Origin: a virus
Virus record (IMG/VR): IMGVR_UViG_3300023174_004481
Span: 1 to 64,000 of that record
Reading direction: 5' to 3' (one strand)
Length of the DNA: 64,000 bases
Part shown: positions 29,588-42,700 of the stretch, piece by piece
Layout: the number at the start of each line of letters is the position of its first letter
Numbering within the stretch: the stretch's first letter is position 1
Notes under the pieces: generated by a model
Told to the model about the DNA's origin: nothing
Seen by the model: the letters and a program-made list of their open reading frames with translations, nothing else
The model's database searches: none
Made by a program: the position numbers and the translations under genes

Positions 29588-29615
29588 CAATTATTGGTTA
29601 TTTATTTTAATAAAT

Positions 29616-32600
29616 TTAACAAAGAGAGGGTAATGATATAAAATTAGCGGGCCAAGGTGAGGTTGAAAATGGATAACCATTTTTGCTTGGACAATAATAA
29701 ATATTAGCATTATAAGGCATTGGGAAATAGCCAACGCTAGGTGCATTTCCAAGGAAGTATACGTTTACAGGCCCAGGTGGTATATGAGCAAAAGCATAAT
29801 CTTGGATACTTATTATTGTAGATGGAATAGTAATATTAGTTAATCCTGTACAATTAGTAAATGCATTGGTTGCTATAACTAATAAATTATTACCCAAATT
29901 TATACCAGTTAATTCGGAACAATTAACAAATGCGGCTACTCTAATATATTGAATACCATTTCCCATGTTCGCATATTTTAATTTACCACAATTAGCAAAT
30001 GCCATATCTTGAATATCTATGAGATTATTTCCAATAGTATTTACTCCTGTTAATTCAGGACAATCGGCAAATGCAACTGTTTCCAAGTTTATTACGCTAT
30101 TAGGTATAGTTAAAGATTTTAATTTTTGACAAGAACGAAATGCGCCGAGTCCTATATTAGATACTCCATTTCCAAGATTTATATTTTCTAATTCTATACA
30201 TGACCTAAACGCATACATTCCAATACCAGTGCAAGTATCAGGTATAGTTAAAGATTTTAATTTTTCACAAGAATCAAATGCACGGGTTTTAATATTATTT
30301 AGAGTATTTGAAAGAACAACGCCACTTAAGTTAGAGCAATAAGCAAATACGTCTTCATTAATTGTAGTTATGCCGTTTCCAATTATAACACCAGTTAATC
30401 CTGTGCAATAATAAAAAGCGTTAGACTCAATACTAGTAACAGTATTTGGAATTGTAATATTTTTAATTTTTACATAAGGATTAGACGCAAAAGCATAATC
30501 TTGAATAGTATTCACTTCCCTTCCAATATCAACTCCAGTTAAATCTTTACCAAAAGTAACACCATAGTCACTAAATGTAATTGTGGAATTCGAATGTGTA
30601 GAAACACTTCCATTTGAATAATAAAAAGTAGTGTTGGCAGGACCAGGAGTAGTTGTTGTAGTTGTAGTTGTAGTAGTTGGTCCAACTGTAGTTGTAGTGC
30701 TAGTTGTTACCCCAGGACAAGAAGCGCTATAGCTATAATATACTCCATAACTACAATCTTCTGTATTTAAAATTTTAACATTAACAGTTAAATTATTTAT
30801 TCCTGCTAATTTTGCAAATGAGAATGTTCCAGAAGAATTTGTTGTTCTTGATAATATTTTTACGCTATTATAATACAATTCAAACAATAATTCATATCCA
30901 TTATCAGAAGAGTATGTAAAAATTATATTTCCAGTAGAAGTAGTTCCTAAATTTAGTAATCTTCTATGATTACAATAATAATCTACAAAATTAGTATCAT
31001 CTGAATCAGTATAAGTAATTCCACAAGATCCATTTAATTCTATTGGAGCAAGAGTTGTTGTTGTTGTAGTCGTTGTTGTTGTGGTTGTGGTTGTTGTTCT
31101 AGAACAATTTATACTATATTCATAATTATATTCATCACAAAATCCGTCTTCTGGACCATCAATAGCTACAATAACTTTATCATACGCATCATTTTTAATA
31201 AAAGAATATGAACCATTATTATTTGAAATTATTGATGTTCCATTATTAGAACTAACATAAGAGGTTCCATCCACAATATCAACTTTAATAAGTAATACGC
31301 TATTAGTTACATTTAAATTATAAATATAAAATGTTAAATTAGAAGTGCTGTACCAATTAAAAGTTAATATTCCATTTTGACTTCCAACATTTACTTCTCT
31401 AGCACCATAACATCTTCCAGGTAATGTTTTTCCATAATTCCATATTTCATCTGATGTATAATATGTTGTATTACATGTTCCAAAAGTACAATAAGGCGCG
31501 AATGGATGTCTTGGAGTCGTTGTTGTAGTTGTGGTAGTTGTAGTTGTTGTCGTAGGAGGAGGAGTCGTGCTAGTGGTAGTAGTAGTTGTGGTCGTTGTCG
31601 TAGTAGTTATAATATAAGTATAAAATTTAGGATGACTTTTTCCTACAATCATAAAATATGCAACATCGTCTGATGCAATTGCAATCCAATTATCATTTTG
31701 TGAAGAAATTGTTACCTCTTGAAATGGTTCATCATTTCTGCTTACTAATATTTTATTTGTATCAGGTAAAACTAATGCTGGTTTGTTAATGGATATAACT
31801 CTAACTATGCCATCTTGCCATGATGTATTTCTATTATAATTAATAGTTTTTAAATCCGATAAAATATATGGACTAAAAGTTGAGCTGGTTTTCTTTTCCC
31901 AAGAATCGCCATAATCACTTATATAGTAAGATTCACTTGCAGACGTAATATTTAAATTTGTAAATTCATTTATAGTATTGTATATGCCTTTACTAATTTG
32001 ATAACCATTACTAACAATTGGAGATTCACTAGTTTGAACCCAATTTATTCCATCTTCTGACCAAGCTGTTCTACCCAAAGAATCTATCACAATAAAACGA
32101 CTATCTTTCGTAGCCACTCCAACCCAATATCCAACAAAAGGTAATGATCGTTTTGTCCAATTTATTCCATCTGTAGAAGTGGCGTAATTTACTCCATAAG
32201 CAAAACTTTCTCCACTATACGAAACCGCTACCCAAAGATTTAATGTATTATTATAAGCCGCAGCAGACCAATTTAAAGATGGCATTGAATTAGTAAAAGA
32301 CCAATCTCTTCCATTTGATGAATACAATGCAAAATTACAATTTCCATATAAATTAATATTACTATCTCCACAAAGTATTAAAAATTTTCCATTACCATAA
32401 CAAATTCTTTTAACTTTACATTGATCTGGTAGAGTTGGTAAACTAGCACTAGTCCAATCAATTTTATTTTCTGTGATATAAACTTTATTGTTATTTCCTA
32501 AAACTATCCAAGTATCAGTTGTCCCATTTTTTCCAAAAACAGCATCTATTGGTACTCCAGATGGATAAGGGGTCGTACTTGTGGTAGTGGTTGTTGTCGT

Positions 32601-33215
32601 AGTAGTTGTAGTAGTTGTGGTAGTTGTAGTCGATGTTATTGCATTACAAGGATCTATAGTTGTAGGAGTATTCGCAGCAACACATTGATTAAATATTTTT
32701 CGATCTGTAATTATATCATAAATTGTTATCCAATTCAATGCAGGATCACATTGTCCCAAACCAAAACCAGCATCTTCATTATTTTGTAATGCACATCTTA
32801 ATTCAAATATTAATTGACCATCTACAGAACTAGAAGAAATTTGATTAATTTGTAATGGATTTAAAAGCAAATAATCATAAAGATCTCCACCACTAAGGTC
32901 TATATTATTTAAACTTACTTTTCCTAAATTTATATTATTAATATAAATATAAAAATCAGAACCATCAGAATATCTGTATGCTGGACATGGCCCATTTGCA
33001 TGATCATGTCTTATTTCAATATTTAAATTAGATAAACATGGATTTGGAGTTGTGGTTGTGGTTGTGGTGGTTGTAGTTGTATTAGGTCCAATGGTAGTTG
33101 TAGTAGTAGTTGTGGTTGGAATTGGACCGCAACAGCTTAAATAATCATTGCCATAAATATCTACTACTCCTGGTGGTAAGTATATTCTATTATCTGGGCC
33201 ATTAATACAATCCAT
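29616..33215 (-). CDS. Modular virion/adhesin-like protein: poly-Thr linkers, beta-propeller-like repeats, C-terminal BspA-type leucine-rich repeats
   Basis: Multiple Thr tracts; SSNGRDW/STDGINW/SEDGINW Asp-box-like repeats; about ten IPxxVxxIxxxAFxxCxxL repeats. Confidence 0.75.
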   Translation of the reverse strand: MDCINGPDNRIYLPPGVVDIYGNDYLSCCGPIPTTTTTTTTIGPNTTTTTTTTTTTPNPCLSNLNIEIRHDHANGPCPAYRYSDGSDFYIYINNINLGKVSLNNIDLSGGDLYDYLLLNPLQINQISSSSVDGQLIFELRCALQNNEDAGFGLGQCDPALNWITIYDIITDRKIFNQCVAANTPTTIDPCNAITSTTTTTTTTTTTTTTTTTSTTPYPSGVPIDAVFGKNGTTDTWIVLGNNNKVYITENKIDWTSASLPTLPDQCKVKRICYGNGKFLILCGDSNINLYGNCNFALYSSNGRDWSFTNSMPSLNWSAAAYNNTLNLWVAVSYSGESFAYGVNYATSTDGINWTKRSLPFVGYWVGVATKDSRFIVIDSLGRTAWSEDGINWVQTSESPIVSNGYQISKGIYNTINEFTNLNITSASESYYISDYGDSWEKKTSSTFSPYILSDLKTINYNRNTSWQDGIVRVISINKPALVLPDTNKILVSRNDEPFQEVTISSQNDNWIAIASDDVAYFMIVGKSHPKFYTYIITTTTTTTTTTTTSTTPPPTTTTTTTTTTTTTPRHPFAPYCTFGTCNTTYYTSDEIWNYGKTLPGRCYGAREVNVGSQNGILTFNWYSTSNLTFYIYNLNVTNSVLLIKVDIVDGTSYVSSNNGTSIISNNNGSYSFIKNDAYDKVIVAIDGPEDGFCDEYNYEYSINCSRTTTTTTTTTTTTTTTLAPIELNGSCGITYTDSDDTNFVDYYCNHRRLLNLGTTSTGNIIFTYSSDNGYELLFELYYNSVKILSRTTNSSGTFSFAKLAGINNLTVNVKILNTEDCSYGVYYSYSASCPGVTTSTTTTVGPTTTTTTTTTTPGPANTTFYYSNGSVSTHSNSTITFSDYGVTFGKDLTGVDIGREVNTIQDYAFASNPYVKIKNITIPNTVTSIESNAFYYCTGLTGVIIGNGITTINEDVFAYCSNLSGVVLSNTLNNIKTRAFDSCEKLKSLTIPDTCTGIGMYAFRSCIELENINLGNGVSNIGLGAFRSCQKLKSLTIPNSVINLETVAFADCPELTGVNTIGNNLIDIQDMAFANCGKLKYANMGNGIQYIRVAAFVNCSELTGINLGNNLLVIATNAFTNCTGLTNITIPSTIISIQDYAFAHIPPGPVNVYFLGNAPSVGYFPMPYNANIYYCPSKNGYPFSTSPWPANFISLPSLC

Positions 33216-33243
33216 ATTTTAAATTACACACTTAATCATTTTT

Positions 33244-33272
33244 TTGAATTTTCTTAAAAAGATATATATAAT
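33244..33272 (+). promoter_or_regulatory. sigma70-type promoter for the two-gene + strand island
   Basis: TTGAAT-N17-TATAAT; ATG at 33282. Confidence 0.55.
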
Positions 33273-33281
33273 TAGATATAC

Positions 33282-33698
33282 ATGAATATACCATTAAATT
33301 ATGAATATTTATCTAAATTAGCTTTAGATCTTATACAAAAAAATCCTCAATTTAAGAATGAACTTCAAGCATTTGCGCCAGAAATTTATGCAGATATACA
33401 AAGTTATAGCACAAATCCAAACTGCTCTTGTAGGGCTAAAGTAGAAGCTTATATTAATAATAATAGAGAAATATCTGTTAATTTTATTAATAATTTTATA
33501 AATAACAACAATTTGACTATAGATCTAAAAGATATTGAAAATAAATATAAAGTCGTTAATTATTCTGGTAAAGTAGAAAAAGTCAAAATATCAGAATGGC
33601 CAGCATTTAGAGATAAGATTGTAAACGAAAAAGCAGTGTATAGAGCATTCTCTGTTGCGAATATAGATAATGAATACGTTAACGTATTCTTTTTATGA
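33282..33698 (+). CDS. Hypothetical protein (NPNCSC motif)
   Basis: 138-aa ORF; ATGA overlap with the next gene. Confidence 0.65.
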   Translation: MNIPLNYEYLSKLALDLIQKNPQFKNELQAFAPEIYADIQSYSTNPNCSCRAKVEAYINNNREISVNFINNFINNNNLTIDLKDIENKYKVVNYSGKVEKVKISEWPAFRDKIVNEKAVYRAFSVANIDNEYVNVFFL

Positions 33699-33982
33699 TA
33701 TTTTTTGAACTTCTTACTTATATTATATTAAGTTTAGGAGTTAGTTTTGTTTGGAGTTTTTCTGATATATTTGCGCCAGTAAGAAATTTTATAGCTAAAA
33801 TTCCATATATTAGGCGACCTTTATTATGTCCAGAATGTTCTAGTTTTTGGATGGGAATTTTTACTAGTTTATTCTATAATCCACTTTATAATATTCTTGG
33901 AATTTTTTCTTTTCCATTTTGTGGATTATCGACGCATCTTTTTGCTTGTTTTTTATATAAAGTATATTTTAAACTTAAATAA
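33695..33982 (+). CDS. Small membrane protein, DUF1360-like (CxxC)
   Basis: Hydrophobic helices flanking LLCPECSSFW. Confidence 0.6.
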   Translation: MIFFELLTYIILSLGVSFVWSFSDIFAPVRNFIAKIPYIRRPLLCPECSSFWMGIFTSLFYNPLYNILGIFSFPFCGLSTHLFACFLYKVYFKLK

Positions 33983-33984
33983 AT

Positions 33985-35517
33985 TTATAATTTATAATCT
34001 ATAGTTATTGGAAACACTGTTTCTTTGTCGGAAGTTTTAACATTTAAAAATGAAACAAATAATTGTCCAGATGGTATTTGCCCAGTATTTTTTATTGAAA
34101 AATATATATCATTTTGAAAACTTCCAGATTGGCCACTACATATAATGTTATGATAATTTGGTAATGATCCAGAAATGCCCGTTTCAAAATATACAGATCC
34201 AGATTTATTTAAAATTTTTATATTTTCATTAGAGGAATAAGCCTCCCAATACATACTTGATTCAATACATGGTTTAAAAAATCCAGAAGAAATTTTATTT
34301 AGACTTTTAGTTCCAGAAACTCCGCTGCCAATATTATAAACACTTAATCCTAAAGTTATTTTTGGATACAAACCACTTGCTCCAGTATATACTGGTATAT
34401 GTGAACCAATATTATATGTTTTAAATCCATTTATATTTTCTAAATGAGATCCAGTATATTTAAAATAAAAATTATCAAAAGCTGATTTTGGATTATAATT
34501 ATTTACTGTATAAACAATTGGTAAATTTAATCCAGTAATATTGAAGCTGACATCAGGTTGATAAATTCCACTTATATTTATATATCCAGTATATTCTTTG
34601 TTTACTTGTAATCCATCTGTATTTATAGTATAACTTATGCTTTTTTTATTAAAAAATCTTTTTCTGTGAGGTTTTCTATATATTGATCCTGCTCTTACTA
34701 AGATTCCAGTTGATCTTCCACTTACGAAAGGAGATTCAATATTTATTCTAGGACTTAAAGATTTTACATTATATTTAAAATTATAATTTCCAGTATTGCT
34801 GACGTTAAAAGTTCCAAATATTTTTTCTCCAATAATTCCACTATGAAAAAATCTATGATTTTGATTATTTTCATCATTTAAATTAAAATAATTTTCTGCA
34901 TTAACCTCTGTACCCACACTTAAATAAGCTGTTTTAGAATTAGTTCCAGGATTAGTGGAAAAATCTCCAGTAGATAAAAAGAATTGATACCTTAAAGTTC
35001 CTGGTGAAACTTTTTGTTTTTTAATTTTAAAATCATCTTCAGTTTGAATTACTCCACTATCACTAAATCTAGATATCATTATGCAATTTACTTCTTGACC
35101 AATTAAATCTCCTAAAGACCCACCTCCAGATATATAAACTTCATTATACCCAACTGCTGCACCAGTTACAGTATATTTATATCCATATTTTCCAGCTAAA
35201 TTCGCGGGAATACCTTCATCTACTAAATCTCCACTAGAAGCAAATACGGTTTGACCCATATCTCCAACTTGAGTACCAGAATGTAAAATTAATTCAAATA
35301 TATTTTTATATGGAAAAGAAAATATAGCTTTTGGTCTTGTTGGTGTCCAATATCCTAATACAGTTCTATCAAAAGTTTTATTATTATTTAAACTTGTAAA
35401 ATTTTTTAATTTTATATAATCTCCAGAAAACGGAGGAGAATCTACGATCCAAAAAGGGTTAGACTTTGTAGAAGCTACATTTAAAATTTCTATATTTGTT
35501 ATATCTCCTGCTGGCAT
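33985..35517 (-). CDS. Hypothetical virion protein, SG/TG-rich beta protein
   Basis: 510-aa ORF in the structural module, preceded by GTGTAA (35535-35540). Confidence 0.65.
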   Translation of the reverse strand: MPAGDITNIEILNVASTKSNPFWIVDSPPFSGDYIKLKNFTSLNNNKTFDRTVLGYWTPTRPKAIFSFPYKNIFELILHSGTQVGDMGQTVFASSGDLVDEGIPANLAGKYGYKYTVTGAAVGYNEVYISGGGSLGDLIGQEVNCIMISRFSDSGVIQTEDDFKIKKQKVSPGTLRYQFFLSTGDFSTNPGTNSKTAYLSVGTEVNAENYFNLNDENNQNHRFFHSGIIGEKIFGTFNVSNTGNYNFKYNVKSLSPRINIESPFVSGRSTGILVRAGSIYRKPHRKRFFNKKSISYTINTDGLQVNKEYTGYINISGIYQPDVSFNITGLNLPIVYTVNNYNPKSAFDNFYFKYTGSHLENINGFKTYNIGSHIPVYTGASGLYPKITLGLSVYNIGSGVSGTKSLNKISSGFFKPCIESSMYWEAYSSNENIKILNKSGSVYFETGISGSLPNYHNIICSGQSGSFQNDIYFSIKNTGQIPSGQLFVSFLNVKTSDKETVFPITIDYKL

Positions 35518-35548
35518 AAATCTTTACCTTAAAATTACACTCATAAAA

Positions 35549-36811
35549 TTAAGCGCTAACTGTGAATTTAAGTGCCGTAGCTGTAGTACAACCTGGTGGA
35601 GGTGGCGGCGGTGGTGGTGGAGGTGGCGGCGGTGGTGGTGGAGGTGGTGGAGGTGGCGGAGGTGGCGGAGGTGGTGGTGGTCCTGGTGGCGGTGGCGGGG
35701 GTGGTGGAGGCGCGCCAGTCGTTGTTGTAGTTGTTGTAGTTGTAGGACAAGGAGTTGTAGTAGTTGTGGTGGTAGTTGTGCAAGCTGTATCACAACAATT
35801 ATTATAATTAAATGTAAAAGTAAAGCTTTGTCCATTTGATCCATTATATATTCTAGAATCAAGAACACAAGAACTTGTTAATGCATTACCAACTTTTTTA
35901 TATCCAATAAATTTAATAATACCTTCGTTGTTATTATTATTTACTTGTGTGTTTCTCATTTCAAGAGTATTTGTTGATAATTTCTTTATTAAACTTGGAT
36001 TGAAATAATAAACATTCATTAAATCAATAGGACATGAAAATCCTGCTCCTGCTCCTGATATATTAATGCTAGTATTTGTACTAGCTATAAATAATGAACC
36101 TACTTGAGCATTTTGATTCAAGTTTAATGCACCAATATAACTATTATTTAAATAAACATTAAAATTATCATCTTTTGAAGCATTTTCATTACAAATTTGA
36201 ATAGTCCAAATATCTATCAAACAAGGACAAGGAGCAATTGTAGTTGTAGTTGTAGTTGTAGTTGTTGGTGGAATAGGAGGTAATGTTGTTGTAGTAGTAG
36301 TCACAGGTGGACGACGAGTTGTAGTTGTAGTTGTGGTTGTCGTTCCTACTGAGATACAACACTCGTATGCTGGCCCACCAATAGGTGATTGTACAATTAT
36401 TCCAGAAGGAATAAGACCAGATAAACCACTTGGACTTAAATAATTTACTTCTGGAAAACAACAAAATTCACTTGATAAATCTAAACAATTTACTTGAGTT
36501 AATGGAGTTGTGGTAGTTGTTGTTGTTGTAGTTGTAGTTGTGCTTGGAGTAAAACAGTATCCACTTGGAAAATTGCTATAATCTAAACAATCTACTACTT
36601 CATAACATTCATAACAAGTTTTAATATTATTATAACAATCTTGTGTATAATTATAATTATTATCTCCTACTGGAAATGGAACTGGATATTTACCTTGATT
36701 AATACAATCTTGTGCAGTTTTTACTAATGGTGAATGATATGTTCCAGAGTAGGATGAGCAACCACAATCTCCTATAGTTGATTCTAAATCGTTGCATCTA
36801 TTTATACTCAT
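35549..36811 (-). CDS. Cys-rich mucin-like protein with poly-Thr and poly-Pro tracts
   Basis: 420-aa ORF with many Cys, several Thr tracts and a long C-terminal Pro run using mixed codons. Confidence 0.7.
   Translation of the reverse strand: MSINRCNDLESTIGDCGCSSYSGTYHSPLVKTAQDCINQGKYPVPFPVGDNNYNYTQDCYNNIKTCYECYEVVDCLDYSNFPSGYCFTPSTTTTTTTTTTTTPLTQVNCLDLSSEFCCFPEVNYLSPSGLSGLIPSGIIVQSPIGGPAYECCISVGTTTTTTTTTRRPPVTTTTTTLPPIPPTTTTTTTTTIAPCPCLIDIWTIQICNENASKDDNFNVYLNNSYIGALNLNQNAQVGSLFIASTNTSINISGAGAGFSCPIDLMNVYYFNPSLIKKLSTNTLEMRNTQVNNNNNEGIIKFIGYKKVGNALTSSCVLDSRIYNGSNGQSFTFTFNYNNCCDTACTTTTTTTTTPCPTTTTTTTTTGAPPPPPPPPPGPPPPPPPPPPPPPPPPPPPPPPPPPPPPPGCTTATALKFTVSA
35595..35712. repeat. GC-rich low-complexity repeat encoding poly-Pro on the - strand
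   Basis: (ggt/ggc/gga)n run in an otherwise AT-rich window. Confidence 0.9.
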
Positions 36812-36917
36812 AATGTTATATTAAAATTACACTTATCTCAACAATTACTAATAAAGCATGAATGATTTGATTAATGGGTTTAGAAGGAATAGTTATCATA
36901 TGTTAAAAAATTATATT

Positions 36918-39698
<2,781 letters not shown>

Positions 39699-39703
39699 AT
39701 TTT

Positions 39704-42700
39704 TTAAATTGGTGAATTTTTATTTAATAATCCGCCAGGACGTTTTTGTTCAATTATAGTAGTAATAACATTTGTTTTAATTAATTCAGTTAAAGCTTTA
39801 TATTTTTGTGATGACTCTCTATTACCTGTTGAATCATTTGAGTCATCGTCTCCTGATCCAGATGATGAAGAATTTTGATTTTGTGCTACTTTATTATCAG
39901 CTTCTACATTTACAGATATATTTATATTATTAACCATTCCTTCGCTTGATTTTTTCTCACTTAAATTAGTATTTAAATCTGTTAAAGCGCTAATTAAACT
40001 TGGTAGTGTATTATTTTCTTCTTGATTAATTTTTGTGTATTCTATATTTTTTTCATTAAAAATTGTATTAGAGTTTTTATCCTTAGTTGGCGTCATCTCA
40101 TTTAGCTTATTTAAAATACCATTTAAAGTGGTAATATTTTCTTCATTAACTTTGCTTGCTTCTATATTAGTTATTTGAGTTGAATTTACATTTTCTGGAT
40201 TTTTATTTAATTGATTATTTGTATTTGTGGTTTGAATAACAGTAGTTAAATTATTTATTGCTTCAATTAAATAATTAGAAGGATCTTCGTTAACTGTTGA
40301 AATTTGAGTTGATCCAACTTGTCCACCTTTTGCAAATTTATTTACTGATCCTTTATTTAATTTTTCAAAGAATCCTGAGCCGTACTTTTTAACTGCTTCT
40401 TTATTGACTACGTATTCTCCATTCATTAATAATGCTGGAATATCATCACCAGCTTGTCCACCATCTGCAAATCTAAATCGATTGCTTACTTCTAATCCAT
40501 TACTTCTTGTATTTGATACTGTATTATAAGCTGGTCGATTTGAACTTTGTAAAGCATTTTGTAAAAATGGTGAGCCAATTCCTCCAGCTGCCAATAAACC
40601 TAAAGTTGGTAAATTTTTAGAAGAGAGTAGACTACCTAATCCGCCACCACTTGTTCCGCCAGCCCCACCATATAAACTAGTTATTGCTCCATAATTACTT
40701 CCAAGTGCGCTTGTTGTTCCACCCATACCACCTGGAAGTGCATAAGCGCTTGCTCCTCCACCACCACCAAATAGACTACTTAATCCACCGCCACCTCCTC
40801 CAAATAAACTTCCTAATCCACCCCCACCCATACTTCCCAACAGTCCTCCACCAATTGCCATTGCAGCATTTATATATCCACTTGTTATAAGATTACTTTT
40901 TCTTTGGTTATAGGCATTTAACGCTTCTTCATAAGCTGATCTAGCTTGAACATAAGACATTTTATTTTGCATTAAATTATCTTGTATATAAGAAACATAA
41001 TCATAGAAATCTTGTTCTGTTTGCATTCTTTCTTCATTTTTACGACTTGTTGGATCAGATAATGCATAATTAGAAAGATTTGGATCAGTAACGCTTTGCC
41101 CCTTCAATTGATTTAAATAATCTTCTTCTGCTCGTATGCCACCAGCTAAATCTTTTGTATTTAATCCAGCTGTATTTTCATAACCAGTAACTACATATTT
41201 ATTATCAAAATTTTTGCTAATTCCACCGCCATCAGCCATACCTTTAGTTGATCCTACATTTAAAGATTCTAAAAATCCCATTCCATAAGCTTGTTGTACG
41301 CTTCTAACGGCTCTTTTATTTAAAACATATTCTCCTTTAGAAAGCATCGCTGGAACATCATCAACCATTCCAGATCCATCTTTTACATATCCACCAGAAG
41401 CATAACCTTTTACTAATCCACCTCTTGAAAATCCAAATAAACTTCCCAATCCACCTCCTCCGCCCCCTCCTAAAAGCCCTTGGAATTGATTAAAAATTCC
41501 ACCAAAAAGTAATTTAGTTGCTATTTGAGTAGAAATTTGTTGGACTTGTTGTAATACTTGAACAGCAAAGTCATTGAAAGCATCCCCAGCGCTTTGCGTG
41601 CTATTTGCAAAACCCATTAATGCATTAGAAAATGAATCTTGTATATTTCTTGCTACATCTGTTGCTGATTGATTTAAATCTTGAAAAAGTTGAGTTCCAT
41701 TGTAACTCATTGAATTAACAAAATTAGTTGTTATACCTTCAACAGAATTATATCCTGGTCTACGAGCTAAACCTTGTTGTCTTTCTAATTCTTTATTTGC
41801 ATATTCTGTAGAACTCAAATAACCATCAGCAAGATCTTTTAAATCTTTAGCATGTTCGACTCTAATTTTTTCTAATTCATTTGCTCTTTCGCTTTGAGTA
41901 TTTGATTCTTCTAAAGCTCTATTTAATTCTATTCTAGCTTGCAGTATATTAATTTCACCAGATTCTAATCTAGATAAAGTACTTTCTAAATTCTTTTGGT
42001 ATTCATTACTAATTGATAATCCTGCATTATAATTTTGTACATTTCTAACTATTGCGTCGTATTGTTGAACATATTCTTTAGCAAGTTCTGAATTAGCTTC
42101 TTCTCCAGCGTATTTTTGTTTTATTTGTTCAACTTGTTGTTTTGCAAGTGATACTAAGTCTTGCGCTTTCATTTTAGCTTCACCAGCATCTATATTTGTA
42201 CCACCATTTAATTGACTTTGTATATTTTGATTAATTCTATTGCCTTCTTGTTCAGCTACAACTTGTTTAATTGTTTGATCCAAACTTGCTTGAGCTTCTT
42301 GACTCAAAGGTTTAGTGCTGCCAGTTAATTGTTGTAAAAGACTAGTAGATCCTCCGCCCTGTCCTCCTGGTTTCCCATTTGGAGCAATAGTATTTAAGGT
42401 ATTATTTCCTAATTCTATACCATTTGTCGTAATATCTTCAATTTTAGTTTTAATTGTTTCTATATTGATTTCTGTTTTATTAAGAGATTCAAATTGTTTT
42501 GTAGCTATATCTGTCGCATCTTTTTGATTAATATTAATTCCAAATGTTTTTGATAATTGTAAAAGATTTTGGCTTTGACCCTCTATAATAGCTTTTCTTA
42601 ATTCTGGATTTACAGTTTGTGGTCCAACACCAAATTGTTTTAATTCATCATACATTCCTAATGCACCACGGCCACGAGTGGTTGGATTTTGAGAGCCATA

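Noticed and set aside
29575-29640. Conventional cis-splicing intron with an upstream 5' exon
   Set aside because: No upstream sequence gives a U.G pair with the guide, the upstream gene is complete, and ligation would restore no ORF or tRNA.
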